A stretch of 64,000 bases of DNA from the human T2T-CHM13v2.0 reference genome, Homo sapiens (GCF_009914755.1 NC_060925.1), one strand, 5' to 3'. Counted from the first letter of the stretch, positions 26,404 to 56,700 are shown. Numbers and translations: made by a program. Notes: generated from the letters alone by a model not told the origin.

Positions 26404-27097
26404 CTGTAGTCTTTATCTCTGATAATACTTCATATCTTAAAATCTGTTTTCCCTCAAAATAATATTGTCCCACTGGCTTTTCTATAATTAACATTTTTAT
26501 CATGCATCATTTTATCCTTTTTTGAAAATCTATGTCCTTATGTTTAAAGTGCATTTTTTAAAAACACAATATAATTGTCTTATATTTTTGATACAAGAAA
26601 AAAGTCACAAATTTTTAATAGGTACTCTGATCAATAAATTATGCATATTTCCCCACTTTTTTCTACTAGGATAAATTTTATTAAACATTACAAGAAAAAA
26701 GTTTCAAATATGCACATCTTTATTCACACAATAAAGTACTTTTGCTCTGATGCACAATTGTATACATAATTTTAAATCCTCCCAAAGTTAACATACTTAC
26801 CAGTATTAAAAATAATTACCTTGTGCCCTACAATCTCTTTTGAGCTATAAGTGTGTGTGGCTGTGTGTGTGTAATTTAGGCTAAATTCTAAGAGTAGTCA
26901 GTAACCCTGATCAGAAATTCACATTCCCATTTTTGTCAATTAACATTTGATCAGAAAGGTTGCATTCCACAAGCAGTTTCGGCAAGGCTTTAACTAACTT
27001 TATCTTAGATAAACACAAAACATTTGTTTAATTAGCATAATGAATAGTAGAAGTATTTTTCAAATAATGACTTGTTAGCATAATAGATGATAGAAGT

Positions 27098-35945
<8,848 letters not shown>

Positions 35946-36425
35946 CCCTAAAACACTTTCTGAATCTGGGCCACTATCCTTTGTTCAATATAGTGTGTCA
36001 AAAGTGAAATATTGAATTTTCAAGCCTTGGCTTCAAGATGCCTTGCAGGTTATGCTCTTGCATTTTGGAATACATAGAGCTATAAAAAGAAGCTAGATAA
36101 CTTCAGCTGCATGAAAGAACCCGTTGAGATCAGTGCAAGAATATTCCAACTAATCTTCATACAAACTAATGACCCACAGAACTTTTGAGGATATAAAATT
36201 TTTGTTGTTTCAAGCTAAATTTGGGAGTCATTTGCTATGCAGACAAAGATAACTGAATCAGAAAATGATATCTGGAAATTGGGTGCTGCACAACAAAAAA
36301 TAAAATGTTTCACGGGCTTTGGGACTAGGCAATAGGTAGAGGCCAAAATGTAGTGAGGAAAATGCTATTGGGACTGGGAAAATAGTGACTCATATATGTA
36401 ATATGAAACAATTGGCAAAACTGGG

Positions 36426-36757
36426 CATCTGAGTCAAGTGCAAATTGTTACATCACAAAATTGTAATCATATAAAATAACTGCTTTTTGAAGCCATTAAG
36501 TTTGGGATGGTTTGTTATATAGCAATAAAAAACTAAGACTCATTTTGACATTATCTTTTAATTGGCATATTTAGTCCATTTACATTTAATGTAATTACTA
36601 ATTTGGCTGGGTTTCTATCATCTTGTAACTTTTTAATTTATCCAATCTATACTTTGTTACTTTTTTTCTGCCTTTCTTGTTTTCTTTTGGATTAATGAGT
36701 TTGTTTAGCTTTTCATTTTATTCCCTCCATTGGGTTTTTTAGTTCTACTTCTTTGTG
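36426..36757 (+). repeat. Old direct copy of 38617-38940 (MLT1 LTR end plus flank)
   Basis: Colinear similarity running through the LTR end into the flank (CTAAGACTCATT.TGACA...AATTTGGCTGGGTTT...TTTTTAGTTCTA). Confidence 0.8.
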
Positions 36758-38041
36758 TGAGTGGGTAGAGAAATGAAGAGAGGTTTTTTTTCTGTTGCCT
36801 ACAAAATCTTGGAAAATAGAAAATACACCTAATAATTTGTGAATCTAGGAGGATTTATAGAAAGACCATTGCAAGAATCAACTAGCTTCTTACATCTTCA
36901 CAAAAGGTACAGAAACAGAGAGATGAACTAAGAAAAGAATTATTTTGTTTTCAAGGAGAAATCAGAGAAAATATAGAGTTCCAAGGACTTACTGTGCTGG
37001 AAAATAAAGTAATTTCTTATCTTTTATCTATTCAGCTGGTAAACTCTTCTCAAAGTGAGAAATAGACTCAGGATACATATTCAATCAAGAGTGTGATCCT
37101 TTGCTAGAACCTCTGAGAGATTAAGCCAGTTCTTAGTAGATGTTTTTGGCCACTCAAAGTGTTCCTAAGAATTTAAGGTCATGTTTCAACAGCAACCTGA
37201 TATACCTACACTAAAGAGTAGTCTGTCTCAGAAAAAAAAGTATGGTTATTGCTATTGGGGTATAGAATAAACCTAGTATGACTCATTGCAATCTACTAAA
37301 AATTTTTTTTAGACACACTACTAGAAAAGACATTATCAGTTTAGATTAAAAGGGACTAAGATGGTTCAAAATGAAAAAGGGATCTCAGACCCCCACATTT
37401 GTATGAACAGAAAACAAACTAAGAAAACTATTTAGCTGCAAATATAGTCAATTTCTTCTAGAAAAAATGTCTCAGATGACAGAGCCCAGAACCCAGATAA
37501 GAGAACCAGGTTCCACAGAGAGCTATGGAATAAGGAACCACTCCAGAAGCAGAACCAGACCCCAGTGACAGAACATCTCTGGCTCAGTGTAGGGAAACCT
37601 GACAGTATTTGCCTAGTGGAATTTCAGAATAGCTATGGGACAGCAACTGCTATAGTTTTCTCATTTTATTGGCAAGTGTCTATTGCAGTTATCATCTCCC
37701 TGTCTCACTATTGTAAATTGGCAGTGTGTATGGCACATAAGTTGTCTTTTTAGTTCAAAATTCCTGTAATTGAGAAGAGCCACACTTGAGGAGTTATGCC
37801 CAAAAAGGCTCAATGATATCTAGACTCAGTGCGAATCACTAGATCATGGATTTTGAGCCTGATGCCATAATCAGATGACACCTTGTGTTTACTTGGACCA
37901 AATATGCATATTTTGCATGTGGGATATAGAAATTATTTGTAGCCAGAGTACAGACTGTTACAGTTTGCAAATGGCTACAAATTCTTTGTAGCATCTCCTA
38001 TCAACAGATGGAACATATTTCTCTACTTTTTAAAGCTGAGA

Positions 38042-38333
38042 TTTTTTTCTTTAAGACGTGGTCTTGCCCTGTCACCCAGGCTGGAGTGCAGTGGCACAAA
38101 CAACCACTGCAGCTTTGACCTCCAGGGCTCAAGCAATCCTTCTGTCTCAGCTTCCCAAGTAGATGGAACTACAGATGAACACCATTAAACCCAGCTTTTT
38201 TTTTTTTTTTTTTTGGTAGTGATGAGGGTCTCACCATGTTGTTCAGGCTAGGCTTGAACTCCTGGGCTCAGCAATTCTCCTGCCTCATCCTCTCAAAGTG
38301 CTGAGATTACAGGCATGAGCCACTGAACCTGGC
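38042..38333 (-). mobile_element. AluJ
   Basis: Diverged dimer with GGGCTCAAGCAATCC; TSD AAAGCTGA(G/A)AT. Confidence 0.9.
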
Positions 38334-38939
38334 AAAAGCTGAAATAATCTTATGATTTGCTTTGACCAAGAGAAAGTGATATACGTGACATGGTTAGACT
38401 CCTAAGCCTACTTCTCAAGAGGCCTTGTGGCTCTTGTCTATTTTGAATAATTCTGCGTTTCAAAGCAGCGTGAGTCTCAGAAAGATATAGCCCAATTGAC
38501 AGCACCAACTGCCAGATATGTAAGTCAGTCCATATTAACTCATATAGTCCTAGCTCAGGTGTGAAATGTCTGCAGCTACATGAATGTCCACAAGTGAGAC
38601 CAGTATAAGAACCAACCATCTGAACCCAGTACAAATTGTTAAGTCACAGAATTGTAAGCATATAAAATAATTGCTTTAGAAGCCACTAAGTTTGATGTGG
38701 TTTGCTATATACAGCAATAGACACCTAAGACTCATTCTGACAATATCTGTCCTGTAATTGGCATACTCAGTGTATTTATATTGAATGTAGTTATTAATTT
38801 GGCTGGGTTTGTGTCTATTAGCTGTTTGTTTATTTAAAAAAAAATTGTTCCACCTGTATTACTTTATCTTTCCTTAATGATTTTTAAAATTATTTTATTT
38901 TATCACCCTCTATTGGATGTTTTTAGTTCTAGTTCATTG

Positions 38940-39705
38940 TGAAATGGACAGAAGGCAAGAAAATACTGGGTAGAAGAGGGCGGTTCCCTGGCAAAGGCCC
39001 CATCCTCAAGCCTGAAAACCCGTGGCCCTAAATGGGAAGAGGCATTCCTGTTTTCATGCCCAAAAGTTGCCTTTTGGCCTACCTATCCTGTACACAGATA
39101 AACCCCAAACCCTTTTCTGTTCATTTCCATGAGATATGAACAGAAGAGCAGAAGAGCAGAGGAGCAGAAGAACAACATGGCAGAGAAGAAAAGAAAAGGA
39201 GCATCTAAACGTTGAGAGGAGTTCAGCTGGGGACAATCAGAGAGGAGATTGGCCTCAGGATGGCCAAACTCCAGGGGAAGATCAACTTTCCATTCCATCC
39301 CCTTTCAAGCTTCCCATCCATCCCACTGAGAGCCACCTCCACCACTCAATAAAGCCCCCACATTCATCATCCTTCAAGTCAATGTGTGACCTGATTCTTC
39401 CTGGATGTCAGACAAGAGCCCAGGTGCCAAGAGGGCACTGAGCTGGTTAACACCTAAGCCATCGGCAGGTGGCAAAGCTAAAAGAGCTCGCTTTAACACA
39501 TGCCTACTTAGGCTTTGGGAGTTGCCGGTACCCACCCCTAGATGTTGCCATGGGGACAGAGCCCATAAGTGCTCGCCCTGGTTCCTGCACCTGCCATCTG
39601 CGTGCTCCCCCTCTCATAAGGGGTTTGAGTGCAAGGCAGTTGAGCAGATGAGCCACACCCCTGTCATACATCCTGAGAGGGGGATCAGGGAACTTTCCTG
39701 TTTCA
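38940..39705 (+). mobile_element. LTR1-family (ERV1) solo LTR
   Basis: TGAAATGGACAG..AAATACTGGGTAGAAGAGGGCGGTTCCC...GGGAACTTTCCTGTTTCA; AATAAA near 39348; TSD ATTG/ACTG. Confidence 0.85.
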
Positions 39706-40365
39706 ACTGTATTTTTAAAAAAATTTATTGATACATTATATTGGTACATATCTATAGGGTACATGTGAAATTTTGTTACATACTTGAAATGTGTAATGAT
39801 CAAGTTAAGGTATTTAGGGTATCCATACATCAAGTATTTATCATTTATATTTGCTGGAAAGACTGCAAGTTATCTCTTTTAGCTACTTTGAAATATATAA
39901 TACACTCTTGTTAACTATAGTCACCCTTCTCTGCTATCAAACATTAGAACTTATTCCTTCTATTTTATTGCATATTTGTACTCATTAATCAATCTCTCTT
40001 CATCTCCTTACCCATGCATCCTTTCCAGTCCCTGCTATCAATTATTCCATTCACTATATCCATGTGATCAACTTTTTTATCTCCCATACATGAGTGCAAA
40101 CATGTATTTGTCTTTCTGTGCCTGAGTTATTTTACTCAACATAATAACTTCCAGTTCCATCTATCTTGCTGCAAATGACATGATTTCATTCCTTTTTATG
40201 GATGAATAGTAATGCACTGTGTATATACATGACATTTTGTTTATCCATTTGTCCATTGGTGAGCACTTAGTTTGGTTCCATGTCTTGGCTATTATGAATG
40301 GTGTTGTAACAAACATAGGGGTGCTGGTATGCCTTTGATATGCTGATTTCTTTTTCTTTGGATAA

Positions 40366-40849
<484 letters not shown>

Positions 40850-41373
40850 TAATTTACATTCCAAACAACAGTGTATAAGAAAGAGTTCTCTTTTGCCTGT
40901 ATCTTCACCACAACCTGTTTTACTTTGTCTTTTTAATATTAGCCATTCTAACTGGGGTAGGATAATATCTCATTATGGTTTTTATTTGCAGTTTTGATTA
41001 TTAATGATGATGAGCATTTTTTCATATATCTGTTAGCCATTTGTATGTCTTTTGAGAAATGTCTATTTATGCCCTTTGATTATTTGTTTTTTTATTTGTA
41101 TAAATTGAAGGCAGTACAGGTGTTGCTTTGTTACATGTATAAATTGCATGGTGGTGAGGTCAGGGCTTTTATGGGATCCGTAACTCAATGTACATTGTAC
41201 CCATTAAGTAATTTCTCAATCATACCCCATTCATCTGCTCACCATTCCAATTCTCTTACTATCATTGCACATTCTACCTGCATGTGTGCTCATTATTTAG
41301 CTCCCAGTCATAAGTGAGGATATGTGATATTTATTTTTATGCATGTGAATCTTTCACTTAAGATAATGGCCTT

Positions 41374-41713
<340 letters not shown>

Positions 41714-41769
41714 TTATGGCTGAATAGTATATCATTGTCGATATCACATTTTTTAATCCAATCATCTTT

Positions 41770-44690
41770 TTAAAAAACTTTTATTTTAGGTTCAGGGGGT
41801 ACATGTGCAGATTTGCTATATAGGTAAATTGCATGTCATAGGAATTTGGTGTACAAATTATTTCATCACTCAGGTAAATAAGCATAGTATCTGATAGGTA
41901 GTTTTTCAATCTTCACCATCCTCCTACCCTCAATGATATCTAGACTTGCTGCAAAGGCCATGATCTCATTCTTCTTTATGGCTGCACAGTATTCCATGGT
42001 GTATATTTACCAAATTTTCTTTATCCATAGTACCATTGGTTAGCATTTAGGTTGAATCCATGTTTTTGTTATTGCAAATAGTTCCACCATGAACATACAC
42101 ATGCATGTGTCTTTATGGTAGAATGATTTAGATTCCTTTGGGTACATTTCCAATGGGATTACTGAATCAAATAATTCTGTTTTAAATTTTTTGAGGAATC
42201 ACAAAATTGCTTTCCACAATGGCTGAACTATCTTACATTTCCACCAGCAGTGCATAAGCATTCCCTTTTCTCCATAAGCTCACTAGCATCTGTTATTTTT
42301 TGACTTTTGAAACAGTAGCCATTCTGACTGGTGTGAGATGATATCTCATTGTAGTTTTTATTTGCATTTATCTCATAATTAATGACATTGAGCATTTTGT
42401 CATGTACTTGTTCGTTGCATGAATGTCTTCCTTGGAAAAATGTCTGCTCATGTCCTTTGCCCACTTTCTAATGGGGTTGTTTGTTTTCTGCTTGTAATTT
42501 AAGTTTCCTATAGTCTGGATTTTACACCTCTGTTGAATGCATACTTTCCAAATATTTTCTCCCATGATGTAGGTTGTTTACTCTATTGATAGTTTCTTTT
42601 GCTGTGCACAAGCTCTTTAGTTTAATTAGATCCCATTTGTTAATTGTTGTTTTTGCTGCAATTGCTTTTGGCATCTTCATCATAAAGTCTTTACCAGGTC
42701 CTACAGCCAGAAATCTATTTCCTAGGTTATCTTCCAGCATTTTTATAGATTTTGATTTTTGATTTAAGCCTTTACTCCATCATGAGTTATTTTTTGTATA
42801 TGATGTAAGGAAAGGGTCCAGGTTCAATCTCCTGCATATGGCTAGCCAGTTATCACAGCACCATTTATGGAATAGGGAGTCTTTTCCACATTGCTTGTTT
42901 TTGGTAAATTTTATGAAATATCAGATGGTTGTGTGTGGCATTATTTCTGGGCTCTTTATTCTGTTCCTTTGATCTATGTGTCTGTTTTGTACCAGTACTG
43001 TGCTGTTTTGTGTACTGTAGCTTTGTAGTATAGTCTAATAATGTGATGCCTGCAGCTTTGTTATTTTTGGTTAGGATTCTCTTGGCTATTCAGGCTCTTT
43101 TTTGGTTCCATATGAATTTTTAAATAGTTTTTTTATACTTTTGTGAAAAATGTTGGTACTTTGATACAAATAGCATTGAACCTATGAATTGCTCTGGGCC
43201 ATATGGCCATTTTAACAATATTGATTTTTCCTATACATGAGCATGGAATGTTTCTCCATTTGTTTGTGTTGTCTCTAATTTCTTTCATCAGTGTTTTGTA
43301 ATTGTTATAGAGGTCTTTCACTTATTTGGTTAGCTATATTCCTAAATATTTTATTCATTTTGAGGCTATTGTGAATGGGACTGCATTCTTGATTTGGCTC
43401 TTAGCTTGGATCTTGTTGGTGTATAAAAATGCTACTAATTTTTTTTTTCTAAATGAAGTCTCGATTTTTTGCCCAGGCTGGTGTGCAGTGGCATGATCTT
43501 GGTTCACCACAACCTCCACCTCCTGGGTTCAAGTGATTCTCTTGCCTCAGCCTCCTGAGTAGCTGGGATTACAGGTGTGTGCCACCACACTTGGCTAACT
43601 TTTTTTGTATTTTTAGTAGAGACAGGGTTTCACCAGACTGGCCAGGCTGGTCTTGAAATCCTGACCTCAAATGATCCGCTGACCTCAGCCTCCCAAACTG
43701 CTGGGATTATAGGTGTGAGCCGCTGCGCCTGGTGTATGCATTACTGATTTTTGTACACTGATTTTGTATGCCAAAACTTTGCGGAAGTTGTTTATCAGAT
43801 CAAGTAGCTTTGGGGCATAAACTATGGAATTTTCTAGGTATTTAATTATATCATCTTCAAACAGAAATAGTTTGTTCTCCTGGCTTACTATGTGGATGCC
43901 TTTTATTTCTTTCTCTTGCTTGACTGTTCTGGCTAAGACTTCCAGTACTATGTTGAATAGGAGTGGTGAGAGAGGGTATCCTTGTCTTGTTTCAGTTTTC
44001 AAGGAGAATGCTTCCAGCTTTTTTTCATTCAATATGATGTTTGCTGTCAGATAGTCATAAATGGCCCTTACTATTCTGAGGTATGTTCCTTCAATGTCTA
44101 GTTTGTTGAGGGCTTTTAACATAAAGAGATATTGAATTTTATAGAAAGTACCTTCTGCATCTATTCAGATTATCGTGTGTTTTTTCTTCTGTTTATGTGG
44201 AATAACATTTATTGATTAACGTGTGTTGAGCCAACCTTACATTCATGGGTAAAGCCTACTTGATCATGGTGGGTTAGCTTTTTGATGTGCTGCTGGATTT
44301 GGTTTGCTAGTAGTTAAAGATTTTTTGCATTTGTGTTCATTAAGGATCTTGGCCTAAAGTTGTTTTGGAGCTGTTGTGTCTCTGCCAGGTTTTAGTATCA
44401 GGATGAGTACTCATAGAATGAGTTAGGAAGGATTCCCTCCTCCTCAATGTTTTTTTAATAGTTTCAGCAGAAATGGTACCAGCTCTTCCTTATATATCTA
44501 GTAGAATTTGGCTGTGAATCTGTCACTTCCCGGGCTTCCTCTGATTGGTAGAACTTTAATTACTGATTCAACTTTAAAACTCACTATTGGTCTGTTCAGG
44601 GATTCAATCTCTTTCTCGTTCAATCTTGGGAGGTTGTATGCATCCAGGAATTTATCAATTTCTTTTAGGTTTTCTAGCTCGTGTTCATAG
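41770..44690 (-). mobile_element. Old L1P (PA16/PB-like) 3' half with deletion in 3' UTR
   Basis: Degenerate ORF2 pieces 42522-42740 and 43685-44122. Confidence 0.87.
43439..43732 (-). mobile_element. AluS
   Basis: Full antisense dimer inside L1. Confidence 0.9.
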
Positions 44691-45830
44691 ACAAAACCTT
44701 ATTTTCATTATTGCCTTTCTAAGCCTTTCATGGTAGTTTTTTTCTAATCACTCAAGTGAATTTTAATACCACAAATATACTGTACTTTGTTTATATAGTG
44801 TATGTATATTTTTGACGCCTAAGAACCAATTATTTCCTGAGTGGTGGCAATATCATTTCCATTGATAATGCATATAAATATGTGATTTTTATATTAATGA
44901 CATTGGAGCTGATGGAATCTTTGATACTTTCACTATTTTAGGACACTTGGTAATCTTTAAATAACATTTAATTTTGTATGTTTTTTACAATTTGGTGTGA
45001 CTTAGGGTCACAGCTTATAGCATTGTTAATTCTACTCCTTACATCTTGAGGTATAAAGTGCCTTCTGATTGATGTATTTATGTATCCCATTTATGTATTC
45101 TTTTAAAATAAAATAATTGAATTCACAGTCATAGCATGACTAACAAAATTGAATTATAACAAAAATATTCTAGTTAACTTTATTAAAGTTATGCAATTAT
45201 ATTTGCAGAATGACAAGTTTCTATGTAACCTTGGCCAATCCTACACTTTACCCTCTTGCTTGCAAGTCTTGTGTAGGATGTACCAAGAATGCAACATCGA
45301 GTGATAAGGAGGAACTGTACAGAACAGCCCAGTCATTGTCCTCATCTCTCCTAGAATAGGATGTCCACAAAGCTTTAGCACAGCAATCCCAGTTACACCC
45401 AGAATATAAAACCCAGAGCAAAATGCTTTTGGGGTCTCTCACCTGTGGTACAATGTGGCACACAAAGACAAGACCCTATCCATCCTGGGCAGCTTCCTTG
45501 ATCCATGGGGCACTGGCTCAACTTATTTTCATTCTTACTGCCTACCAGGGAGTAATGGCTGCGTGACTTGTGAGAGTATTCGGTTTTAAAAGACTAGGCT
45601 TCAGAAGGAAAGTGGTAGCAGTGTGACTACTATGCATCTGGGTCTTCTATGAGCCCCCTGCCAGAGTCAAGAACACTTGCAGATCTCCGGCAGATTGTTT
45701 TGTACAAAATTTTCTGCCAAACATAAGAATCTTAGAAGAAATTAGTGAGGTATTTAGAGTCCTTTCCTCAGATTAGTGACTGCTATATGGTGCCTCTATC
45801 CCAGAGGTGGATACCAGTGCATGGTATTCT
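44690..45830. other. Second non-TE-like island: AT-rich UTR-like stretch followed by stem-loop-rich segment
   Basis: No repeat family recognised; AATAAA near 45107; nested complementary segments 45256-45607. Confidence 0.4.
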
Positions 45831-46342
45831 GCTTAACAATGTTTAGTGCTTCTCTCTTTCTCTCTGTTTTATTCATTTATTTATTTTTGTATATTTCAAT
45901 AGAGACTCGTGTATTTTCAATATATTTTAATCAACCACAATCAAGTTTTCTTCTTTTGATGCTCAAATGGTAAAAGCTGGTCACTTAGAATTTCCTTTAG
46001 GTTAGGTCTTGTTTTGTTTAGACATCACTTAAATTACTGTTTTTCTTTCTATCACAAAAATTATTTAAGGGTCTTCTTGTTCCTTCCTGGTCCAGACATA
46101 AAATCAGAAATTTCTTAAAGTAGCCATCCTTTCAGTAGAAAAACAAAGTATTAGAAATCATGATTTGGGCAACTTTAATGTTTATTAAAGATGACAATTT
46201 GCTCTACACCAGTTCGAAATTAAGAGCTATAAAATAAATACTGTGAAATTTATATTTTAAGGTCATAAATTTATACTGACATTTCCAATTTACTTTTAAC
46301 ATTGTAATGTTACCAGTTAAATTTTTTGATCCAATATTATTC

Positions 46343-52467
<6,125 letters not shown>

Positions 52468-52539
52468 ATATTATTCGTTTTTAAAAATAAAAGCCTTTAT
52501 TCTTAACTAATTTTTTATTTGATAAATGTTTCAAAAACA

Positions 52540-53770
52540 TGATGTTTTTAAAATTTATGTCTTATTTTTAACTAACAAAAATAATAATATACATTTATGG
52601 GGTACAATGTAATATTTTGAAATATGTATAATACACTGTGGAAAAATTAAATCAAGCTAATTAATATATCCATCACCTCATCTAGTAATCTTTTTTTCTG
52701 GTGAGAACATTAAAAATCTACTCTTTTATCAACTGAAATGTATAATACATTAACTATGATCAATATGCTGTGCAATAGATCTCTAAAAGTTATTCCTACT
52801 GTCTAACTGGGACTTTGTATCCTTTCATTAACATTTCCCCTTTCCTCCTTCTCCCCCTTTCCACTAGCCCCCACCCGTGCCAGCCTCTGTAAACCACCAT
52901 TCTTGTAAAAAGTTGATTCGCTTTAAACACATGGGTTTATTTCTGAGCTTTTATCCTGTTTCAATAGTTAACATCTTTTTTTTTGCCAGTACCATTCTGT
53001 ATTTATTACAACAGCTTTATAATATATTTTGATATCAAAGAGTGTTATGTCTGCAGCTTTTTTTCCCTCAAGATTACTTTGGCTATTTGGGCTTTTATCT
53101 TTCTGTGCACATTTTAAGATTATTTCTTCTATTTCTGTGACAAATGCCATTGGAATTTTGATAGGGATGATGTTAAATCTGTAGATTGCTTTGGGTAGTA
53201 TGAACATTGTAACAATATTAATTCTCTCAATCCACGAACATAAAATATCTTTCCATCTATTTGTGTCTTTTTCAATGACGTCGTCAATGTTTTACAGTTT
53301 TCAGTGTGGAGGTCTTTCACCTCCTTTATCAAATTTATTCCTAAGCATTTTGTAGCTATCATAATGAGATTGTTTTCTTGATTTCTTTTTCAAATATTTT
53401 ATTGTTAGTGTATACAAACACTACTAATGTTTGAATGTTGATTTTGTATCCTGCAACTTTACTGAATTCATTTATAAACTTCATTTCTAACTTTTTGTTG
53501 GAGCCTTTAGGGTTTTCTATATACAAGGTCATGTCATTAGTAAACAGAGACAATTTCACTTCTTCCTTTCCTGTTTGGGCACCTTTTCTTTCTCTTGTCT
53601 AACAACTCTAGCTAGGTCTTCTAATGCTATACCTTGAATAGAGTGGGCATTTTTGTCTTGTTCCTGATCTTAGAGAAAAGTCTTCCAACTTTCTACAATT
53701 GGAGTGTAGTGTAAGATGTGGGCTTATCATATATAGTCTTTATTCTGTTTGGGTATGTTTCTTCTTTTTT
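52540..53770 (-). mobile_element. L1MA fragments (3' UTR joined to ORF2 piece)
   Basis: L1MA 3' UTR motifs, then ORF2 peptides 52968-53559. Confidence 0.78.
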
Positions 53771-53774
53771 CTTC

Positions 53775-56700
53775 CCAGCATTTATTTTCAGTTCAAGGTG
53801 TACATGTGGTTTGTTTGTACATGCAGATTTGTTACATGGGTAAATTGCATTTCTTGGGGATTTGGTGTACAGATAATTTTGTCACCCAGCTATTGACATC
53901 ATACCCAATAGGTAGTTCTTCAGTCCTCACTCTCCTCCCAGCCTCCACACTCAAGTAGGACCCAGTGTCTATTGTTCTCTTCTTTTTGCCCATGTGTGCT
54001 CAATGTTTAAGCTCCCACTTATGAGTTAGAATATGTGATATTCGGTTTTCTATTCCTGCATTAACTTGCTTAGGATAATGGCCTCCCACTCCATCCATGT
54101 TGCTGCAAAGGACAAGATCTCATTATTTTTTATGACTGTGTAGTATTCCATAGTGTATATGTACCACATTTGCTTTATCCAATCTACAATTCGTGTGCAT
54201 CTGGGTTGATTCTACATCTTTGCTATTGTGAATAGTGCTATTTAGTAAAGACACATATGTCTTTATGGTAGAATAATTTATATTCCTTTGGGTATATTCC
54301 CAGTAATGGGATTGCTGAGTCAAATGGTACTTCTATTTTAAGTTCTTTGAGAAATATCCAGACTACCTTCCACATTGGTTGACCTAATTTACTTTGTCAT
54401 CAGCAATGTATAAGTATTCCCTTTTCTCTGTAACTTTGCCTGCTATTTTTTGACTTTTAATTAATAGCCATTTTGACTAGTGTGAGATGCTATCTCACTG
54501 TGTTTTTGATGTGCATTTCCCTAATGATTCATGATATTGAGCATTTTAAAATATGCTTATTGGCCACGTGTATATCTTCTTGTAAGAAGTGTCTGTCCAT
54601 GTCCTTTTCTCACTTTTTAAATGAAGTTGTTTGTTTTTGGCTTCTTAAGTTCCTTATACATTCTGGATATTAGACCTTTGTCAGATGCATAGTTTGCAAA
54701 TATTTTTTCCCATTCTGCAAGTTGTCTGTTTACTCTGTTAATAGTTTCTTTTGCTATGCAGAAGCTCTTTAGTTTAATTAGGTCCCCTTTATCAAATTTT
54801 GTTTTTGTTGTAATTGCTTTTGGGCTCTTTATCATGAAGTCTTTGCTAGGGCCTATTTCCAGAATGGTATTTCCTAGTTTTTCTTCTAGGGTTTCTATAG
54901 TTTTAGGGTTTACATTTATGTCTTTAATCCATCCTGAGTTTATTTTTGTATATGGAGAAAGGTAGGGGAGAGATCCAATACTCTGCTTATGGCTAGCCCA
55001 TTATCCTAGCACCATTTATTGAATAGGAAGTCTGTTCACCACTGCTTGTAATTGTCAGTTTTGTTGAAGATCTGATGATTGTAGGTGTCTGGCTTTATTT
55101 GTAGGTTCTTTGACCTGTTCCATGGGTCTATCTGTCTGTCTTTGTACTAGTGACATGTTATTTTTATTACTGTAGGCTACCAGTATACTTTTAAAGTCGA
55201 GTAATGTGATTCCTCCACCTGTCTTTATTTTCCTTTGGATTGATTTGGCTATTCAGGCTTTTTTTGTTTCCATAAAAATTTCAAATAGTTTTTTCTAATT
55301 CTGTGAAAAACATTGTTGGTAATTTGGTAGGAATAACAATGAATCTATAAATTGCTTTGGGCAGTATGGCCATTTTAGCAATACAGATTCTTCCTGTTCA
55401 TGAGCATGGAATGTTTTTCTATTGTGTCATCTCCAACTGCTTTCAGCAGTGTTTTGTAATTCTTATTGCAGAGATCTTTCACTTTCCTGGTTGGCTGTAT
55501 TCCTAAGTATTTTACTTATTTTGTGGCTAGGAAAATAATAATGTGAATAGGATTGCATTCTTGATTTGGATCTCAGCTTGGAAGTTATTGGTGTATAGGA
55601 ATGCTAATAATTTTTATGCATTGATTTGTATCCTGAAACCTTACTGAAGTTGATTACCAGTATCTGGAGACTTTGGGCAGAGACGATGGGGATTTTAGGT
55701 ATAGAATTAAATTTGTGAAGAGATATAGTTTCACATCCTCTCTTCATGTTTGGTTGCCTTTTATTTTCTTCTCTTTACTGGTTGTCTTGGCTAGCACTTC
55801 CAGTACTATGTTGAATAGGAGTGGTGAGAGTGGTCATACTTATCTTGTTCTGTATCTCAAGGGAAATGCTTCCAGGTTTTACTTATTCATTATGATACTG
55901 ACTGTGTGTCTGTCATGAATGGCCTTTATTATTTTGAGGTGTATATCTCCAATGGTTAGTTTGTTAAGAGTTTTTATCCGGAAGGTATGTTGAGTTTTTA
56001 TTTAAAAACTTTCTGTGTCTATTGAGATGATTAGGTGCTTTTTGTTCTTAGTTCCTTTTATGTGATTAGCCAAATTTTTGCTTTGTGTATGTTGAACAAA
56101 CCTTGCATTTCAGGAATAATACTTAGTTGATCATGGAAGATTAGCTAATAATGTGCTGCTGGATTTGATTTGCTTATAGTTTATTGAGAATTTTTGTATC
56201 TATGTTCATCAGGGATATTGGCCTGAAGTTTTCCTTTTTATTGCGTCTCTGCTGGGTTTTGGTATCAGAATGATACTGACTTCATAGAAGAGTTAGAGAG
56301 GAGTCCTTCCTCCTTGACTTTTTGCAATAGTTTCAGTAGAATTCATACCAGCTCTTCTTTATACATCTGGTAGAATTCAGCTGTGAATCTCTCTGGTCAG
56401 GGATTTTTCTCATTGGTAGGTTTTTTATTGCTGATTCAATTTCAGAACTTGTTATTGTTCTGTTCAGGGTTTCAAAAGTCTTCCTGGTTCAGTCTTTGGA
56501 GTTTGTAAGTTTATATGCAATCAGGAATTTATCCGTTTCTTCTAGATTTTCTAGTTTGTGTGCATAGAAGTTTTTATAATAGTCTCTGAGGGTTTTTTTT
56601 GTATTTCTGTATGGTTGATGGTAATGTTTCTTTTGTCATTTCTGATAGTGTTTATTTAGATCCTCTCCCTTTTTTCCTGTATTAGTCTAGCAAGTCATCT

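Larger units (their letters stand above)
36020..38733 (+). mobile_element. MLT1 (G/H-like) MaLR: partial 5' LTR, internal region, 3' LTR about 37956-38733
   Basis: LTR 3' motifs (AAGCCACTAAGTTTG..TGGTTTGCTAT..AGCAATAGA); MLT-int start near 36260; LTR start TGTTACAG..AAATGGCTACAAATTCTTTG. Confidence 0.72.

Noticed and set aside
45248-45720. Minus-strand peptide vaguely like a DHHC palmitoyltransferase motif
   Set aside because: Key residues absent, spacing wrong, multiple stops
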